A stretch of DNA of 64,000 nt from Collinsella sp. (GCA_036304725.1 JAXIYC010000063.1:7304-71303); one strand, 5' to 3'; shown: positions 1 through 9,646, numbered from the stretch's first letter. Program-made: numbers and translations. Notes: generated by a model not told the origin, from the sequence alone.

Positions 1-2
1 CG

Positions 3-83
3 CTGATTTACTGGGTCTTTAATTTCGTTGTCGAGATGCTGCTGGGCGCCGCCGAGAAAAAAATGGATTACTACCATGATTAA
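3..83 (+). CDS. ABC transporter permease, C-terminal fragment (5-prime end outside window)
   Basis: The frame is open from the window edge (LIYWVFNFVVEMLLGAAEKKMDYYHD*). Its stop TAA 81-83 overlaps the ATG at 76 of the downstream ATPase (ATGATTAA), the usual permease-ATPase coupling. It is too short for domain recognition. Confidence 0.4.
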   Translation: MIYWVFNFVVEMLLGAAEKKMDYYHD

Positions 84-840
84 TTCGGTAATGAATATAT
101 CGAACGCTCGCAAGGCGTTTGGCGGCAATGAGGTGCTCAAGGATATCTCGCTCGAGGTAAAGCGTGGAGAGGTCGTGGCGATTATCGGGCCTTCGGGTGG
201 CGGCAAGTCCACGCTGCTGCGGTGTGCCACGCTGCTCGAGACGCTCGACGGAGGCTCGCTCTCGTTTGGCGACCTTGCCGTTGCGACGGATGCGGGTTCG
301 GGCGCGGTCTATGCGAAGGGCGATGTGCCCAGGCAGGCGCGCTCGCGATTTGGCCTGGTGTTTCAGAACTACAATCTGTTCCCGCACTATACCGTGATGA
401 AAAACATCACCGATGCGCCGATCCGCGTTCTTAAGCGCCCGCGCGAGCAGGCGGAAGCTCGTGCGCATGAATTGATTGCTCAGATGGGGCTTGTGGGCAA
501 CGAGAACAAGGTTCCGTGTGAGCTTTCGGGCGGTCAGCAACAGCGCGTGAGTATCGCCCGCGCCTTGGCGCTCGACCCGGAAATCTTGTTCTTTGACGAG
601 CCGACCTCGGCGCTCGATCCCGAGCTAACGGCCGAGGTGCTGCGTGTCATTAAAGACCTTGCCGCGCAGAATATGACGATGGTGATCGTGACCCACGCGA
701 TGCAGTTTGCGCGCGATGTTGCCGATCGCGTGGTCTTTATGGACGGAGGCCGCATTGTCGAGGAGGGTCCGGCCGAGCAGGTTATCGACCATCCGCGCGA
801 GCAGCGCACGCGTGAGTTTTTGAGCCGTATCGAGGGATAG
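76..840 (+). CDS. polar amino-acid ABC transporter ATP-binding protein (GlnQ/ArtP-like)
   Basis: Walker A GPSGGGKST, signature LSGGQQQRVSIARAL, Walker B ILFFDEPTSALD and H-loop VTHAM are all present. I chose the ATG at 76 rather than the track start at 28 because it overlaps the upstream stop codon. Confidence 0.9.
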   Translation: MINSVMNISNARKAFGGNEVLKDISLEVKRGEVVAIIGPSGGGKSTLLRCATLLETLDGGSLSFGDLAVATDAGSGAVYAKGDVPRQARSRFGLVFQNYNLFPHYTVMKNITDAPIRVLKRPREQAEARAHELIAQMGLVGNENKVPCELSGGQQQRVSIARALALDPEILFFDEPTSALDPELTAEVLRVIKDLAAQNMTMVIVTHAMQFARDVADRVVFMDGGRIVEEGPAEQVIDHPREQRTREFLSRIEG

Positions 841-874
841 GCTCAGGTATTTGCTCAACTATTAATTGAGGCGA

Positions 875-915
875 AGCCGCCGCAGGTCTTACGGTCTGTG
901 GCGGCTTTTTGTTTG
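875..915 (+). terminator. intrinsic terminator after the ABC ATPase gene
   Basis: GC-rich 10-bp stem GCCGCCGCAG / CTGTGGCGGC (one G-U pair) followed by TTTTTGTTTG. Confidence 0.75.
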
Positions 916-1150
916 CATCGGCGGGGTTCAATAATCGCCTCACAAGCTTGTCTCTTCCTCTCGCCGCCTGTATTCATACGTGTGCCGAAAGGTGTGCATG
1001 GACGGTCGCCCGTGAGGGTAGGGTGGTGGCATAGGACATTTGGAGGGTGAGTCGGCTCGGCTGCCGACCATGCTGCTCCCGGGATGGCACCGACCGCGAA
1101 CTCTCCCCGTTGGCGTCGCGCAATGCGCGCGGCCCTGCAAGGAGGTCATC

Positions 1151-3226
1151 ATGGGTGCTCCCAAGACCGGCAATGTAAGGAACGTGGTGCTCGTAGGCCA
1201 AGGCGGGGTGGGCAAGACTTCACTCGCCGAGGCCATGCTCCACCTTTCTGGCAAGACCGCCCGCCTGGGCGGCCACGACGGCACCAAGCCCACGCTCGAC
1301 TATGACCCCGAAGAGGTCAAGCGTGCATTTTCCATCTCGACGACCATTGCACCGATCGACTGGAAGGGCGCGCGCATCAATGTGCTCGATGCCCCGTGTT
1401 ACCCCGATTTTATCGGCGACGCCTTTGCCGCGATGAGCGTCTGCGAGACGGCTCTGTTTGTGGTCGACGCCGAGGCCGGCCCGCAGCCTACGACGGTTAA
1501 GCTCTGGTATGCCGCCGAGGACCTGCGCTTGGCGCGTGCGGTGTTCGTAAACCGCCTGTCGCGCTCCGAGGCCAGCTTTGCGACCACGATGGACCTGCTG
1601 CAGGAGCGCTTTGGCACGCGATTGGGCGCCGTGACCCTTCCCTGGGGCGAGGGCGAGGACTTTGACGGCATTATCGACCTGGTGCGCATGAAGGCGCGCC
1701 ATTGCAACGGCACCGAAGCCGTTGAGTCGGAGATTCCCGAGGAGTATCGTGCCCAGGCCGAGGAGGCCCATGACCATCTGTGCGAGTTGGTGGCCGAGGC
1801 CGACGATGAGCTGATGATGAAGTACTTGGAAGGCGAGGAGACGCTGACGCAGGAGGAGCTTGAGGGCTTGCTGTCGAAGGCGATTGCCGAGCGCATCTTT
1901 GTGCCGGTCTTTGCGGGCGATTGCATTAAGGAGCAGGGCGTCAACTCGCTGATGGACGACATCGCCACGTACTTCCCGGCGCCGACGGACTACGGCGAGA
2001 TGCCGCTCATCGACGGTGATTCGCTCAAGATTTCGAGCGACGATGACCGTCCGGTGGCGTTTGTGTTTAAGACGCTGGCCGATCCGCAGCAGGGTCGCAT
2101 CAGCTTTATCAAGGTGCTGACGGGTACGCTTGAGCCGGGCCTTGAGCTGGTCAACGCGCGCACGCGCAAGGGCGACCGTCTGGCTCACCTGTATGTGATG
2201 TGCGGCCGCGATATGACCGAGGTTGGCCATGCCTATGCCGGCGACATTATCGTGGCGCCCAAGTTGGCGGCAGAGACGGGTGATACGCTCTCGATTACCG
2301 GCAAGGTCGAGGCTGCGGCGTTTAAGTTCCCCAACTCGCAGTACCGCATTGCCATCGAGGCCGAGAATCGCGGGGACGAAGAGAAGCTCTACACGTTTAT
2401 CGAGAAGGCGTGCAAGGCTGATCCGACCATGAGCATCGATCGTGACGAGGAGACGGGCCAGACTATCATCTCCGCCGTGGGTGAGGCGCAGGTTTCGGTG
2501 TTGCTTAACCGTTTGGAGGATCGCACCAAGGTCGTGGCCAAGAGCGTGCCGATCCGCATTCCGTATCGCGAGACCATCCGCCGCACGGCGAGCGCCCAGG
2601 GTCGCCACAAGAAGCAGACCGGCGGTGCCGGCCAGTATGGCGACTGCTGGCTGCGCGTTGAGCCGCTCATTGGGCCCGACGGCACGAGCGACGGCTACGA
2701 GTTTGTGGATGAAGTCGTGGGCGGCCGTATTCCGCGCTCGCTCATCCCCGCCGTGGACAAGGGCGTCCAGGAGACCATGAAGGACGGTATTATTGCCGGC
2801 TATCCGCTCACGGGCATTCGTGTCGCGGTGTATGACGGTTCGTATCACAGCGTCGACTCCAACGAGATGGCGTTCCGCGCGGCGGCTCGCATCGGCCTGC
2901 GCAAGGCATGCGCCGATGCCGACCCGGTGGTGCTGGAGCCCATCGAGGAAATTACGGTGACTATCCCCGAGAGCTACGCCGGCGCCGTGATGGGTGACAT
3001 CTCGGCATCGCGCGGTCGCGTGACGGGCATGGAGACCGATGAACGCGGCGACACCGTGGTCATCGCCCAGGCACCTCTCGCCGAGCTGACGGATTACTCG
3101 ACGCGCCTGCGCTCTATCACGCGCGGCACGGGTGACTTTACCATGAAGCCCGCTGGCTATGAGCAGGTTCCCTATGACGTTCAGGCCAAGCTGGTCGAGC
3201 GCTATGAGGAGGGTCGCGCCAAGTAG
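1151..3226 (+). CDS. elongation factor G-like protein (EF-G2 / FusA2-type paralogue)
   Basis: ATG 1151 is preceded by GGAGG (1141-1145). The product has P-loop GQGGVGKTS and EF-G domain IV/V signatures HKKQTGGAGQYG and YDGSYHSVDSNEMAF. It is about 690 aa. The track start at 1040 adds a non-homologous leader. Confidence 0.9.
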   Translation: MGAPKTGNVRNVVLVGQGGVGKTSLAEAMLHLSGKTARLGGHDGTKPTLDYDPEEVKRAFSISTTIAPIDWKGARINVLDAPCYPDFIGDAFAAMSVCETALFVVDAEAGPQPTTVKLWYAAEDLRLARAVFVNRLSRSEASFATTMDLLQERFGTRLGAVTLPWGEGEDFDGIIDLVRMKARHCNGTEAVESEIPEEYRAQAEEAHDHLCELVAEADDELMMKYLEGEETLTQEELEGLLSKAIAERIFVPVFAGDCIKEQGVNSLMDDIATYFPAPTDYGEMPLIDGDSLKISSDDDRPVAFVFKTLADPQQGRISFIKVLTGTLEPGLELVNARTRKGDRLAHLYVMCGRDMTEVGHAYAGDIIVAPKLAAETGDTLSITGKVEAAAFKFPNSQYRIAIEAENRGDEEKLYTFIEKACKADPTMSIDRDEETGQTIISAVGEAQVSVLLNRLEDRTKVVAKSVPIRIPYRETIRRTASAQGRHKKQTGGAGQYGDCWLRVEPLIGPDGTSDGYEFVDEVVGGRIPRSLIPAVDKGVQETMKDGIIAGYPLTGIRVAVYDGSYHSVDSNEMAFRAAARIGLRKACADADPVVLEPIEEITVTIPESYAGAVMGDISASRGRVTGMETDERGDTVVIAQAPLAELTDYSTRLRSITRGTGDFTMKPAGYEQVPYDVQAKLVERYEEGRAK

Positions 3227-3262
3227 CGTGTGGCGTTGCCTGCAACATATATGCCGATGCAA

Positions 3263-3296
3263 GGACCGCTCTGGGTAACCCAGGGCGGCCCTTTTT
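3263..3296 (+). terminator. intrinsic terminator after the EF-G-like gene
   Basis: Stem GGACCGCTCTGGG / CCCAGGGCGGCCC with loop TAA, followed by TTTTT. Confidence 0.75.
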
Positions 3297-3354
3297 GATC
3301 CCTGGGGGACAGAGGAAAACGGATCATGTTAGGTTCGGGGCAGCTTGGTCGGTC

Positions 3355-4338
3355 CTAGTCTCCCGAGGCCTGGTTGCGGCCGGTAGCGTAGTCGATCTGC
3401 ACGTGCGGCTGCAGGTTGTAGCAATATACGTGGAAGCAGAGGGTCTTGCCGTGGTCCTCGATCGATTGCGCCTCAAGGCGCACGCCACGGCAGACAAGTT
3501 CCTCTTCGTTATACATGGGCGTGACGCGGTAGAGCACATGGTTACCCGTATCGCGGATGTAGCCGAGAATCTGCTCTTCAAACGGCAGCATGCCCGTCTC
3601 GTTGAGATAACGCGTGCCGGTGAGGAGATTCTTGCGGTTGGCGTTTTCGCCGCAGAGCGACCAGGCGATGAGGTGGCAGCGGTTGTAGAGGCTCTGGCCC
3701 GGAATAAAGTCGTAGCGCTGCTGGTGCCAACCGGCAGGATGGATGCGCGAGATATCGCCGCGCTTTCCCTGTCCGAGCGACTCGGGGCCTACGCAGGCGA
3801 GCGCCTTGCGAGTGCGACCCAGGCTGTCGAGCTTGGAGAATTTCTTAAAGCAGCCCTCTTCGGTGGCGCGATCGTATTCATCGAGTGTGAATGATGGCGT
3901 GCCGAGCGGGTGCGTGCTGTCGGCGCGAAGGGCAACGTAGGGGTTGCCGGCGTAGTCGGGAATGCTGCTGAGATATACGCCGCGGGCTCGGTTAAGGTCG
4001 GGGTTTTCGACCTCGTCGATGGGGGTGGCGGCGCTGTCCGCGGAAGCGCCGTCGCCGGTGTCGGTTGCGGCGGAATCGGAGCCATCGCCAGGGTCCTGGC
4101 CGTTTTGAGGGTCCGAGGAGCTCGCCGTTCCCGATTCGAGCCGAGCGACCAGGTCCGCCTCGTCGTCGGTGCGGCTGGGACTTTCGTTTTGTTTCTCGGC
4201 CAGAGCTACCGCCTGCTCATCGCTTTGCGGCGACAGCAACTTGGGCGCTCCGTCGAGCGATCCCGTAAACAGCGCAAACCCGAGCACCACGGCGGTGCCG
4301 ATGGAAAGTACTTGCTTGTAGGCGGGCTTGCGCGACAT
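3355..4338 (-). CDS. secreted or membrane-anchored DNA/RNA non-specific endonuclease (EndA/NucM-like)
   Basis: It has an N-terminal hydrophobic segment (LSIGTAVVLGFALFTG), an acidic low-complexity linker, and a C-terminal domain with NRCHLIAWSL...NLLTGTRYLN as in EndA-type nucleases. Confidence 0.8.
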   Translation of the reverse strand: MSRKPAYKQVLSIGTAVVLGFALFTGSLDGAPKLLSPQSDEQAVALAEKQNESPSRTDDEADLVARLESGTASSSDPQNGQDPGDGSDSAATDTGDGASADSAATPIDEVENPDLNRARGVYLSSIPDYAGNPYVALRADSTHPLGTPSFTLDEYDRATEEGCFKKFSKLDSLGRTRKALACVGPESLGQGKRGDISRIHPAGWHQQRYDFIPGQSLYNRCHLIAWSLCGENANRKNLLTGTRYLNETGMLPFEEQILGYIRDTGNHVLYRVTPMYNEEELVCRGVRLEAQSIEDHGKTLCFHVYCYNLQPHVQIDYATGRNQASGD

Positions 4339-4457
4339 TGAGGCTCCTGGATGGACGGTTGGGAATCTACCAGTCTAGCAGGAGCCGGCAGGGGCCGTTC
4401 TGTCGAACAAATACTCAAGATTTGGGATAGACGCTACTGATTCATTTGTCCCGCGTT

Positions 4458-5468
4458 CTAGATCGAGGTGGAGTCGAGCCAGTTGAGCTTGCACTCGAGA
4501 ATGCGCTGCTCGCCGGGTTCGCTGCTTCCGTCAAGTAGGGCGAGCAGCATCTCGGCTGCTTCGCGACCTTCTTGGTCGACGGGCTCGATGATGGTGGAGA
4601 CGGTCGGTGTGGTGAGATTAGTCCAGTCTTCGCAGTTGAGTCCCAAAAGGCCGATTTGCTGCGGAAGCAGATGGGCCATTGGCTGGAGGGCCTTGTAGAC
4701 ACGGGGAAGTGCCCACTGATTTTGCACGAAGATAAGGGTTCGCTTGGCGGGATTGAACTTGAATTTAAAGTATTCGGTGAGCTCGTTGATTGACGGCTTG
4801 TTGTGATCGATGGGAATCGCTTTGTAGAGCTGCCCGTTCGCTGCCAGCGCCTCGGCATACCCCTGAAAACGCTCCATGCGGGTGCGCATTTCGGTCATGT
4901 TGGCGGCAATGGAAAAGAAATCTTCGTAGCCGGCGTCGAGGAGTGCCTGTGTGGCGTTGTACACGCCGTCGTAAAGGTTGGTTTTGATCCAGCTGGTACC
5001 TGGGCTATAGATGGCCGCATCGAAAAAGACGACCGGCTTGCCGGCGCGTCTAATGCGGTCATGCACGGCTTTGAAGTTTGCCGTGGGCTGGATGATAAAG
5101 CCATCGACGCCCAGCGAGAGCATCTTGTCGACGTACATGAGCTCGGTCTCGGGGTTAAAGTTGCTCGTGCAAACGACCGTCTGGTAGCCCGCGGGGAGCA
5201 TGACCTGCTCCATGCCATTGAGAACGAGCCCCGCCCATTTGTTGGTGTTATCCAAAATGATGATGGCAATGACGTGGGTTTGCTTGCCGGTGAGCGTCTG
5301 CGCTTGGGCGTTGGGAACGTATCCGAGTTCCTTAATGACGCGCGCGATTTTGTTCTGCGTCTTCTCGCTAAGCTTTTCTCGTTTGTCGTTGAGGTAATAC
5401 GAGACGCTTGCCGTCGAGGTTCCCGCCTCTCGAGCGACGTCTGCGATCGTAACGCGCTGTTTTGCCAC
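4458..5468 (-). CDS. LacI family transcriptional regulator
   Basis: HTH VTIADVAREAGTSTASVSYYLN plus a periplasmic-binding-protein-like sugar-binding domain. The GTG start at 5468 lies 5 nt downstream of GGAAGGAG. The track start at 5504 is an alternative. Confidence 0.88.
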   Translation of the reverse strand: MAKQRVTIADVAREAGTSTASVSYYLNDKREKLSEKTQNKIARVIKELGYVPNAQAQTLTGKQTHVIAIIILDNTNKWAGLVLNGMEQVMLPAGYQTVVCTSNFNPETELMYVDKMLSLGVDGFIIQPTANFKAVHDRIRRAGKPVVFFDAAIYSPGTSWIKTNLYDGVYNATQALLDAGYEDFFSIAANMTEMRTRMERFQGYAEALAANGQLYKAIPIDHNKPSINELTEYFKFKFNPAKRTLIFVQNQWALPRVYKALQPMAHLLPQQIGLLGLNCEDWTNLTTPTVSTIIEPVDQEGREAAEMLLALLDGSSEPGEQRILECKLNWLDSTSI

Positions 5469-5883
5469 AGCGACTCCTTCCGACAGATGAGCATTTTCCA
5501 ACATGATGACTTTGAGTCTTGGTGAAGGATACGCTTCGGTGAGCGGCTTTTTCCTTTCATATGAGTATGCAACAAATGCGGCATACGGGTGGGGTCGAAA
5601 TTTGTGACCGGCATGCGCATCTGCCGTCTACCGAGAAAATCAAATACTTCTTGACTTTTGAAATCGAGGGCAAAATCGCAGGATTCATTTTTGGTTAAAC
5701 GCATAACTAAATCGCATAACCAACGCTCTGACCTGCGCGTTTACCGAAATAAGCTGGCATTAAGAAAAACGAGCACCTATATTGTTCTTGTCGAAAAGAC
5801 AGCAAGTCCAAACGGCAGGGGATGCTCCGGAGGCCTCCGCAAACGGTGTCTTGCGCACGCAACTCTATGAAAAGAGGGAAGCA

Positions 5884-7356
5884 ATGAAGATCGTAGGCGT
5901 TGCCGCCTGTACTGTGGGTATCGCCCACACGTATATGGCCCAGAAGGCGATTCAGGATGAATGCGCCGCCCGTGGCATCGAGTGCAAGGTCGAGGCTCAG
6001 GGTGGCCTGGGTATCGAGAATGAGCTCACGCAGGAAGACGTGGACTCCGCCGACCTGGTCCTGGAGTCCGTCGACGTGGGTGTCGAGAACGAGGACCGTT
6101 TTGAGCAGAAGATGGCCGAGGGCAAGTTCCTCAAGGTCGGTACTTCCGATGTGATCGCCGATCCGGTCAAGATCATCGACCAGGCTGTTGAGATTATCAA
6201 GGCGACGGGCGGTACCGTTGACGCGCCCAAGGCCGAGGCCAAGGCAGAGAAGAAGGCCGTCTCCGCTGCCCCGCAGGCCCCGACACCGGCGTCCAAGCAG
6301 TCTATCTTTGCCGATCCGGGTAAGACGCTGCTCAATGCATTCAATACCGGCGTTTCCTATTTTATCCCCATCGTCGTTATCGGCGGCGTGTTCCTCGCCT
6401 TCTCGCTGGCATCCGGTACCGCCGGCGCCAACGGCATGGAGGTTACGAACCCGCTGATGGTGAGTCTTAACACCATCGGCATGGCCGGCATCTCCATGAT
6501 GATCCCGGTGCTTGCGGCATACATCGCCTACTCGATGGCTGGCAAGCCCGCGCTCGCCCCCGGTTTTGTCCTGGGCTACCTGGTCAACAACGCAGTCGTT
6601 ACCCCTAACGGCAACAGCGTTTCGACCGGCTTCTTGGGCGCCATGATCATGGCGGTCATCTGCGGCTACTTTGTCCGCTGGATGAAGACCTGGAAGGTCA
6701 ACAACACCATCCAGACCATCATGCCCATCCTGATCATCCCGATTCTGACCTCGCTTGTCCTGGGCATGGCCTATATCTACATCCTGGCCACGCCGCTTGG
6801 CTTTGTGATGGACTGGCTCACCGGCGTGCTCGGCAGCCTGCAGGGCGGTTCCGCAGTTGTCCTGGGTCTGGTCATTGGCGTTATGACCGCCTTCGATATG
6901 GGCGGCCCCATCAACAAGACCGCTTCGACCTTTACCATGGCCATCATGGCCTCCGGCATCTATGGCCCCAACGGCATGTTCCGCGTCGCCGTCGCCATTC
7001 CCCCGATTGCCTGCGGCCTTGCTGCGCTCATCGCCAAGAACAAGTTCGATGACGCCGATCGCCAGATGGGTATCTCCGCACTGTTCATGGGCTGCATCGG
7101 CATTACCGAGGGCGCTATCCCCTTCGCGGTCAAGGACCTTGGCCACACCCTGCCCGGCATCTGCATCGGCTCTGCCGTGGGCGCGGCGCTCGCCGCCTTC
7201 CAGGGTATCGACTGCTACGTCCCGCACGGTGGCTTTATCGTCGCCCTTGCCACCAACAACGTCGCGCTGTTCTGCCTGGACATCGTGATTGGCGCCGTGG
7301 TCGCCGCTGCAATCCTGATTGCCATGAAGCCCACGCTCGACAAGCAGGCCAAGTAA
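5884..7356 (+). CDS. PTS fructose-family EIIB-EIIC fusion component
   Basis: The N-terminal EIIB(Fru) motif is MKIVGVAACTVGIAHTYMA (phospho-Cys context). An Ala/Pro/Lys linker follows, then a polytopic EIIC domain. ATG at 5884. Confidence 0.9.
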   Translation: MKIVGVAACTVGIAHTYMAQKAIQDECAARGIECKVEAQGGLGIENELTQEDVDSADLVLESVDVGVENEDRFEQKMAEGKFLKVGTSDVIADPVKIIDQAVEIIKATGGTVDAPKAEAKAEKKAVSAAPQAPTPASKQSIFADPGKTLLNAFNTGVSYFIPIVVIGGVFLAFSLASGTAGANGMEVTNPLMVSLNTIGMAGISMMIPVLAAYIAYSMAGKPALAPGFVLGYLVNNAVVTPNGNSVSTGFLGAMIMAVICGYFVRWMKTWKVNNTIQTIMPILIIPILTSLVLGMAYIYILATPLGFVMDWLTGVLGSLQGGSAVVLGLVIGVMTAFDMGGPINKTASTFTMAIMASGIYGPNGMFRVAVAIPPIACGLAALIAKNKFDDADRQMGISALFMGCIGITEGAIPFAVKDLGHTLPGICIGSAVGAALAAFQGIDCYVPHGGFIVALATNNVALFCLDIVIGAVVAAAILIAMKPTLDKQAK

Positions 7357-7500
7357 ACCTTTAAGGACTCCGGTTGTGCGGAGGGATGGATTTGACTCCG
7401 CACAACCGCCCCTACACAACAAAATCCATCCGTACTGATAGGGCCCACATCTGGGTCCCAGGGAACTTTTGTCAAAAATCCTCTGGAGAAGGAGAACAAA

Positions 7501-8775
7501 ATGTCCAACCTCACCATCCGCCAGGCCGTTCAGGGCATGCTCAAACTGCAGGATAGCGGCGATCACGCAACCATGGTCGGCATTGGCCCCATGAGCCCCA
7601 ACCTGATTCAGGCCGTGTTCGAGCTTGCCAAGGACGAGGATTTCCCGCCCATGTTTATCGCCAGCCGCAACCAGGTCGATATGGACGAGATGGGCGCCGG
7701 CTACGTCAACGGTTGGGACCAGACGCGCTTTGCCGCCGACATCAAGAAGGTCGCCGACGAGGTGGGTTACACCGGTCCGTACTACCTGTGCCGAGATCAC
7801 GGCGGTCCGTGGCAGCGCGACGAGGAGCGTAACGCTCACCTGCCCGAGGACGAGGCCATGGAGCTCGCCCGCAAGTCCTTCGTCGCCGACATGGAGGCAG
7901 GCTTTGACCTGCTGATGGTCGACCCCACCAAGGATCCCTATCAGATCGGCAAGGTTATTCCGCTCGACGTGGTGCTTCGCCGCACGATCGATCTTATCGA
8001 CTACCTTGAGCAGTACCGTCGCGAGCATAACCTGCCCGAGGTCGCCTATGAGGTCGGTACCGAGGAGACCAATGGCGGCTTGACCTCTACCGATAAGTAC
8101 GAGGAGTTCATTTCTCAGCTGCAGCCCGAGCTCGAGAAGCGCGGCTGCCCCATGCCCACCTTTATCGTCGGCCAGACCGGCACCCTTACCCGCTGGACGG
8201 AGCAGGTCGGTCACTACAACTTCAAGAACGCCCGCGAGCTTGCCGATATGGCCAAGCGCTATGGCGTGGGCCTGAAGGAGCACAACGCCGACTATCTGGA
8301 CGACGCGACGCTGCTCGAGCACATCCCGGCACACGTGACCGCCTCCAACGTCGCTCCGCAGTATGGCACCGAGGAGACCCGCGCCTACCTCAAGCTCTGC
8401 GCCACCGAGCAGATCCTGGTCGACAACGGTCTGTGCGATGACCCCTCCGACCTGTATCACACGCTGCTGGTCAAGGCTATCAAGACCGAGCGCTGGCGCA
8501 AGTGGATGACTGGCGACGACGTCAACCTGCAGGTCGATGACATCCTTGCCGACGATGAGCTCAGCCTGAAGATCCTGGATGTCTCCGGCCACTATGCGTT
8601 CAACGATCCCGAGGTCAAGGAGCAGGTCGAGAAGCTCTATCGCAACCTCGCTGCCCAAGACATCGACGGCAAGCGCTTTGTGATCGAGCACATCAAGCGC
8701 CCGATCAAGCAGTACGTCGTCGGTCTTAACCTCAAGGGCGTCACGAGCCGCATCGAGGCCGCTCTTGCCGAGTAA
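7501..8775 (+). CDS. GatZ/KbaZ/AgaZ-family protein (tagatose-bisphosphate aldolase accessory subunit family; possible ketohexose-6-phosphate 4-epimerase)
   Basis: It is 424 aa with a GatZ-like N-terminus (GIGPMSPNLIQAVFELA...FIASRNQVD) and CRDHGGPW. GGAGAAGGAG lies upstream of the ATG. Confidence 0.8.
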   Translation: MSNLTIRQAVQGMLKLQDSGDHATMVGIGPMSPNLIQAVFELAKDEDFPPMFIASRNQVDMDEMGAGYVNGWDQTRFAADIKKVADEVGYTGPYYLCRDHGGPWQRDEERNAHLPEDEAMELARKSFVADMEAGFDLLMVDPTKDPYQIGKVIPLDVVLRRTIDLIDYLEQYRREHNLPEVAYEVGTEETNGGLTSTDKYEEFISQLQPELEKRGCPMPTFIVGQTGTLTRWTEQVGHYNFKNARELADMAKRYGVGLKEHNADYLDDATLLEHIPAHVTASNVAPQYGTEETRAYLKLCATEQILVDNGLCDDPSDLYHTLLVKAIKTERWRKWMTGDDVNLQVDDILADDELSLKILDVSGHYAFNDPEVKEQVEKLYRNLAAQDIDGKRFVIEHIKRPIKQYVVGLNLKGVTSRIEAALAE

Positions 8776-8832
8776 GTAGCTTTTCCTACGCGACGCCGGG
8801 CCTGGGGCATGTCCCAGCTGCAGGCCCGGCAC

Positions 8833-8863
8833 ATGGGACAAAGGGGCAGTCCCTTTGTCCCAT
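8833..8863. repeat. palindromic hairpin repeat, GACAAAGGG-CAG-CCCTTTGTC family (copy 1)
   Basis: ATGGGACAAAGGGGCAGTCCCTTTGTCCCAT has a 13-bp stem and is followed by TCTTTTGAGTTTT, so it may also act as an intra-operon terminator or attenuator. Confidence 0.85.
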
Positions 8864-8899
8864 TCTTTTGAGTTTTAGCTTCCTTTGAAGGGGTTCACC

Positions 8900-9583
8900 A
8901 TGAAGTTCTTTATCGATACCGCCAATCTGGACGAGATTGCCGAGGCCAAGAGCTGGGGCTGCCTGGCCGGTGTTACCACCAACCCGTCCCTGTACGCCAA
9001 GACCGGCGGCAAGCTTGCCGACTTTGAGCCGCATATGCTCAAGATTGCCGAGCTCTGCGAGGGCCTGCCCGTTTCCGCCGAGTCTACCGCTACCACTGCC
9101 GAGGGTATGATCGAGGAGGGCAAGCGCCTTGCCGCCCTCGCCCCCAACATCGTGGTCAAGCTTCCCGTGTGCGAGGCCGGCCTTGCCGCCTGCCGTGCGC
9201 TGGCCGATGCTGGCGTGCGCGTCAACATGACGCTCGTCTTCTCGCCGACGCAGGCCCTTATGGCCGCCAATGCCGGTGCTCGCTACATCAGCCCGTTTGT
9301 GGGGCGCTTCGATGACATCGCCGAGGACGGTATCTCGCAGCTCGACAATGTTGTGACTTGCATCAAGAACTATGACTGGACCGGCAAGAACGTCGACGAC
9401 ACCGTTGAGATCATCACCGCTTCGGTCCGCACGCCCAACCATGTGACCCAGGCGGCGCTGCTTGGTGCCGACATTGCGACCGTCCCCATGGCTGCTCTTA
9501 AGAAATGCTTGCATCACCCGCTGACCGACCAGGGCCTTGCCTCTTTTGAGGCTGATTGGCAGAAGGTCGTCGCTCAGGCTTAA
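8900..9583 (+). CDS. type 3B transaldolase / fructose-6-phosphate aldolase (TalC/FSA-like)
   Basis: MKFFIDTANLDEI...GVTTNPSL, the Schiff-base Lys context VVKLP, and SPFVGR. About 227 aa. ATG at 8900. Confidence 0.9.
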   Translation: MKFFIDTANLDEIAEAKSWGCLAGVTTNPSLYAKTGGKLADFEPHMLKIAELCEGLPVSAESTATTAEGMIEEGKRLAALAPNIVVKLPVCEAGLAACRALADAGVRVNMTLVFSPTQALMAANAGARYISPFVGRFDDIAEDGISQLDNVVTCIKNYDWTGKNVDDTVEIITASVRTPNHVTQAALLGADIATVPMAALKKCLHHPLTDQGLASFEADWQKVVAQA

Positions 9584-9646
9584 CGAGTGGATTGCCCCGG
9601 CATCGCGTCATCCGGTGCCGGGGTTGTTCTCAAGAGAGGAATTCGT

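Noticed and set aside
1040-1150. N-terminal extensions implied by the ORF track for many genes (for example 1040, 5782, 8885, 9587, 13535, 15743, 19783, 29283, 31535, 43307, 50753 and 56096, and the minus-strand equivalents at 15717, 22552, 31698, 50947 and 59440).
   Set aside because: Family alignments begin at internal Met or Val codons that carry Shine-Dalgarno sequences. The extra residues are non-homologous, often Arg/Pro-rich, and frequently overlap neighbouring genes or repeats.
5691-5723. Inverted repeat TTGGTTA-N19-TAACCAA with internal direct repeat (A/T)CGCATAAC in the lacI/PTS divergent region, considered as a LacI operator.
   Set aside because: It does not resemble the usual CG-centred 14-20-bp LacI-family palindrome. 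I cannot support an operator call from sequence alone, and note it only as a candidate for footprinting.
5707-8841. 1044-aa ORF on the minus strand. Similar giant ORFs occur at 1220-3262 (-), 15728-17359 (-), 25413-27395 (-), 34793-38494 (-), 39867-40958 (+), 43301-45517 (-), 48125-49027 (+) and 59711-62023 (+).
   Set aside because: Each lies antisense to genes with clear, full-length family signatures. Their translations are low-complexity (rich in Arg, Gly, Ala, His, Asp and Leu) with no recognisable motifs. Stop-free antisense frames are expected in ~65-70% G+C DNA.
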